A stretch of DNA of 63,257 bases, the filler included, from Atractiella rhizophila (lineage: Eukaryota): assembly GCA_021432655.1 (NCBI GenBank). It is 9 parts of 7 records of this genome, joined end to end, with 100 filler letters (N's around TTAATTAATTAA, not from the genome) between each part and the next. Parts side by side here need not be neighbours in the genome. Positions count along the whole stretch, not along the records: positions 60,333 to 63,257 come from MU272037.1; 8 more parts are not named here. One strand, 5' to 3'. A model generated the notes under the pieces. The model ran no database searches, had not been told where the DNA came from, and saw only the letters and a program-made list of their open reading frames with translations. Shown here piece by piece: positions 60,396-63,257 of this stretch. Both the position numbers and the translations under genes were made by a program. The number at the start of each line of letters is the position of its first letter. Position 1 is the first letter of the stretch.

Positions 60396-63257
60396 ATGTC
60401 TTCCTCAGACCTCTCTTCAGCATCTTCAGATGAAGAAACGCTCCAAAAGGCGGTCGCTACGGCTACAGATTCAGTGCCTCCACACATTGAGCCAACACGC
60501 GAAGAAATTCTGCAAGGGCGTGAAGAGGAGATTGCAAAAACACAGTTGGACGCAGACTTGTGAGTATCTCGCGTCTAGAAATGGGACTGGGAGGGTGATT
60601 CGTGTTCTTCTTGGGTGTATTCTGAAGGATTAAAGAAACACATGATGAATTAGTGAGGGAGCTCTTTCACCTTGAGAAATATAAGACATTGGTCAATTAT
60701 GACCCAGCTGTTCGTGTCCTTCACCCTCTTTGACTGAGCTACTTGGTACTAACTAAGGTGCAGGAAGCGAAAAAGGACTCGTCACACGTTTTCTCCGAGG
60801 TAAGCTTGCCTCTCACTACCTGTTTTGCCAACACTTTCTTCCGTGCTCGAGAAGATTGCATTAATTCTCATCCACCAGTTCGCAAGCCAGTACGACCTTC
60901 TTGCCAAAGCATCCGATCCATCCAACACCGGCGTACGAAAGACGCGGCGTAGCATAGCAGAGCGCACACAAGTAATCAGTGGTACTCCAGATAAACAGCG
61001 AACGAAAACTGTTCAGGCTTCACCACCAGCACCAATGGAAGCAGAAGCTTCTTTGACCGCAGAAGCGCTTGCAACCGCTCTGGACGAAGAAGTCGAGAGC
61101 TCCCGCGCCGTTGCTGTTGTGAGAAAAGCTTCGAAGGGCAAAATCCGATTTAAACCTCCACCGCCTCAAGTAGGGGACAAAAGGAAGCTTGAACACATTG
61201 CGCCTACGCCCACCGGATCAACGCCTACTCCCACGGACTCGCCGCAACCTGAGAAGAGAAGGAAGATTACGCTCAAGCTCACTCGTCCTCCTACCGTGCC
61301 TTCTCCTTCCGTGGAAGCGGAGGCGTCCACCAGCAGTCTTCCCCTGCACTCTAGCTCCACTGGAGTACTGCCTTCCCTCTCTCTGGAGTCAAAGACGAGC
61401 AACGGCGCTAGCGGCTCCACCTTGTTCGAACCCACACTCCGTCCCCAACCGCCACCGAAGAAGAAGTCGCGCCGCTCTGGCTTCGAGAGGGAGCTGCAAT
61501 CTCTGCTTGGGCCTGATATCGTCCCTCGAACCGTTACAACAACCGCAACGTTACCCCCCGGTCCGTCAAATCTTTCCGTACCCGACCCTGAGGTTTCACT
61601 TGCAGAAGCGTCCGTGCCAATGCCGGCGCAGAAGCCAAAGAAGATCAGAAGGTCCGGATTCGAGAGAGAGCTGCAGCATCTCCTAGGATCTGATATTGGG
61701 AGCGGTGGCACGGTGAACATCGAACAAGGGGGAAGGAGAGCAAAGGCTCAAGCAAAGGAGAAGGTCGTTTCGCAGCGAACCAAGAAAAAGTCAAAGGTCA
61801 ATGAGGATGGTGAGGATGAGGAAACAATGGCGGTAGACTGGCCTTCACTAACGGAGCAACCCAAGACCGCGACCTCAAAAACTTCGACGAAAAAGAAGAA
61901 AAAGAAGCGAGCGACATCACCGTTTTCTAGGATTACGGATTCAGAAATCGCTGGCCTCAATCTTCCTCCCATTCCTCCTTCGCCTTCTCCTCCCCCAGTC
62001 AACTCCCGTCGACGCTTACCACCGCCGCCTGAGCCGGTGGAACAGTATAAAGTGTTCCTCCCTAATCTTCCACCTCCCAAGAAACGGCTCAAGGAATCCT
62101 CAGACCTTATGCCTCAGTACATGCAACCGTATCAAATCTTTCTAGAGGAATGGTTTGCGCCATATGAGGGGAAGGAGTTGGCAGAGATCGTGGACGAAAT
62201 CGTGGATCTTGTACCGGTGGAAGGAGATCCATGCTCTAGCTACAGAGAAGGGAAGAAGTTGGAGAAGGAAATGGAGATTTGGGCAAAGGTCAAGCATTTG
62301 GAGGAGTTCGGGGATGGAGTGGAAATGGACCCTAGTCTCAAGAAAAACGTGGAGCATAAGCGGAAGGAAGATCATCGGGACGCACTCGTCCTTCATGCAA
62401 CTAGCTTGGCGAAATTATGGGGCTTAGGATATGAAGGGAAGGCACGCGTTCATGGGAGGGAGAAGAAGGGTCCACTCGGGAAGATAGTAAAGGAGTATTG
62501 GGCCAACAAAGAGACTCGTGAGAAGGAGGCGGAGGAAGCGGAAGAGAAAGAGAGGAAGGCAAATGCGAGATGGATTGCAAAAGAGATCAAGAAGAAGTGG
62601 AGGGAGGCTTACGAGCTCGTCATGGCAAGGAAGGAGGAAGCGGAGAGGATTGAGAGGGAGAAGGAGGGGAAGAAACAACTCGATCGCCTCTTGGAGCAGA
62701 GCCGAGAGCTTCTTGGAGGAAGAGGAAGGGGGACTAGTGAAGACGAAGAAGAGGAAGAAGAAGAGGAGGAAGAGGAATACGAAGAAGGAGCAGTGAGTGA
62801 TGATCCCGAAGAGGAGGAAAATTCGGAAGACCACCATGACAACAACAACCCCACGACTCCATCCTCCGAAGCTTTTGAACCGAATGGGGTGGATGAACAG
62901 AGTGCTCGTGAGGACAACGAAATAGACATGGAAGCGATGATGAGGGAGGAAGCGGGCGAACTGGCGCAGATTTCAGAAGCCTTTAGCATCACCAGTCAAG
63001 GTCCAATTGTTCCTGATCTTTCCTCACTGGCAACCGCGGCCCTTACTCCGAGCATGAGCCAGCACGTTTCACAAAACGCATCTTCACTCCTTCCTCCTGC
63101 CGACGTCGCCGCCCCCACTGCTATTGAATCTGAAGACGATGCTGAGCTGGAGGAGGAACATGACCACCAGATTCACGCTGATGTCGAGAACGATCGGGAA
63201 CGCAATTCGGAGTTTGAAGATGAGGAGGATGACGACAGAGCCCAGGACGATGAACAG
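60396..63257 (+). CDS. SWR1: SWR1 chromatin-remodelling ATPase, N-terminal part with HSA domain (runs off the window)
   Basis: HDELVRELFHLE; DHRDALVLHA..KEYW..ARWIAKEIKKKW..GKKQLDRLLEQSRELL (HSA-like); acidic linker. ATPase domain not in the window. Confidence 0.72.

Overview
Eukaryotic DNA, most likely a basidiomycete fungus: genes are intron-rich, typical introns are ~45-70 nt, and donors are relaxed (GTGCGT, GTTCGT, GTCTGT). The window is not one locus. It is nine contigs/scaffolds joined by eight artificial 100-nt N-TTAATTAATTAA-N linkers, plus three plain N gaps, so neighbourhoods across linkers mean nothing. Genes recognised by manual splicing: COQ1, a glutathione-independent formaldehyde-dehydrogenase-type ADH, an SDR, a Clg1/Pho80-type cyclin, SHP1/p47, IRC3, a GNAT, a sugar/inositol MFS transporter, an F-box-like protein, an SQD2/MgtA-like GT4, QNS1, a PEBP, an Irs4-like EH protein, CDC37, two paralogous membrane proteins, DMA1, a permease-like protein, a BadF-type sugar kinase, a Git3-type GPCR and the SWR1 N-terminus. 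Also present: tRNA-Thr(AGT) and a decayed Ty1/Copia island. The most interesting signal is intronic. Four otherwise intact-looking genes (SDR, SHP1, IRC3, CDC37) have a first or second intron of 585-1458 nt, some with target-site-like duplications or cryptic acceptors leading to stops. QNS1 has two structured introns (ncRNA or cis-regulatory candidates). CDC37 has a near-perfect in-frame tandem exon duplication. All gene models and alignments were done by eye; no database searches were run.
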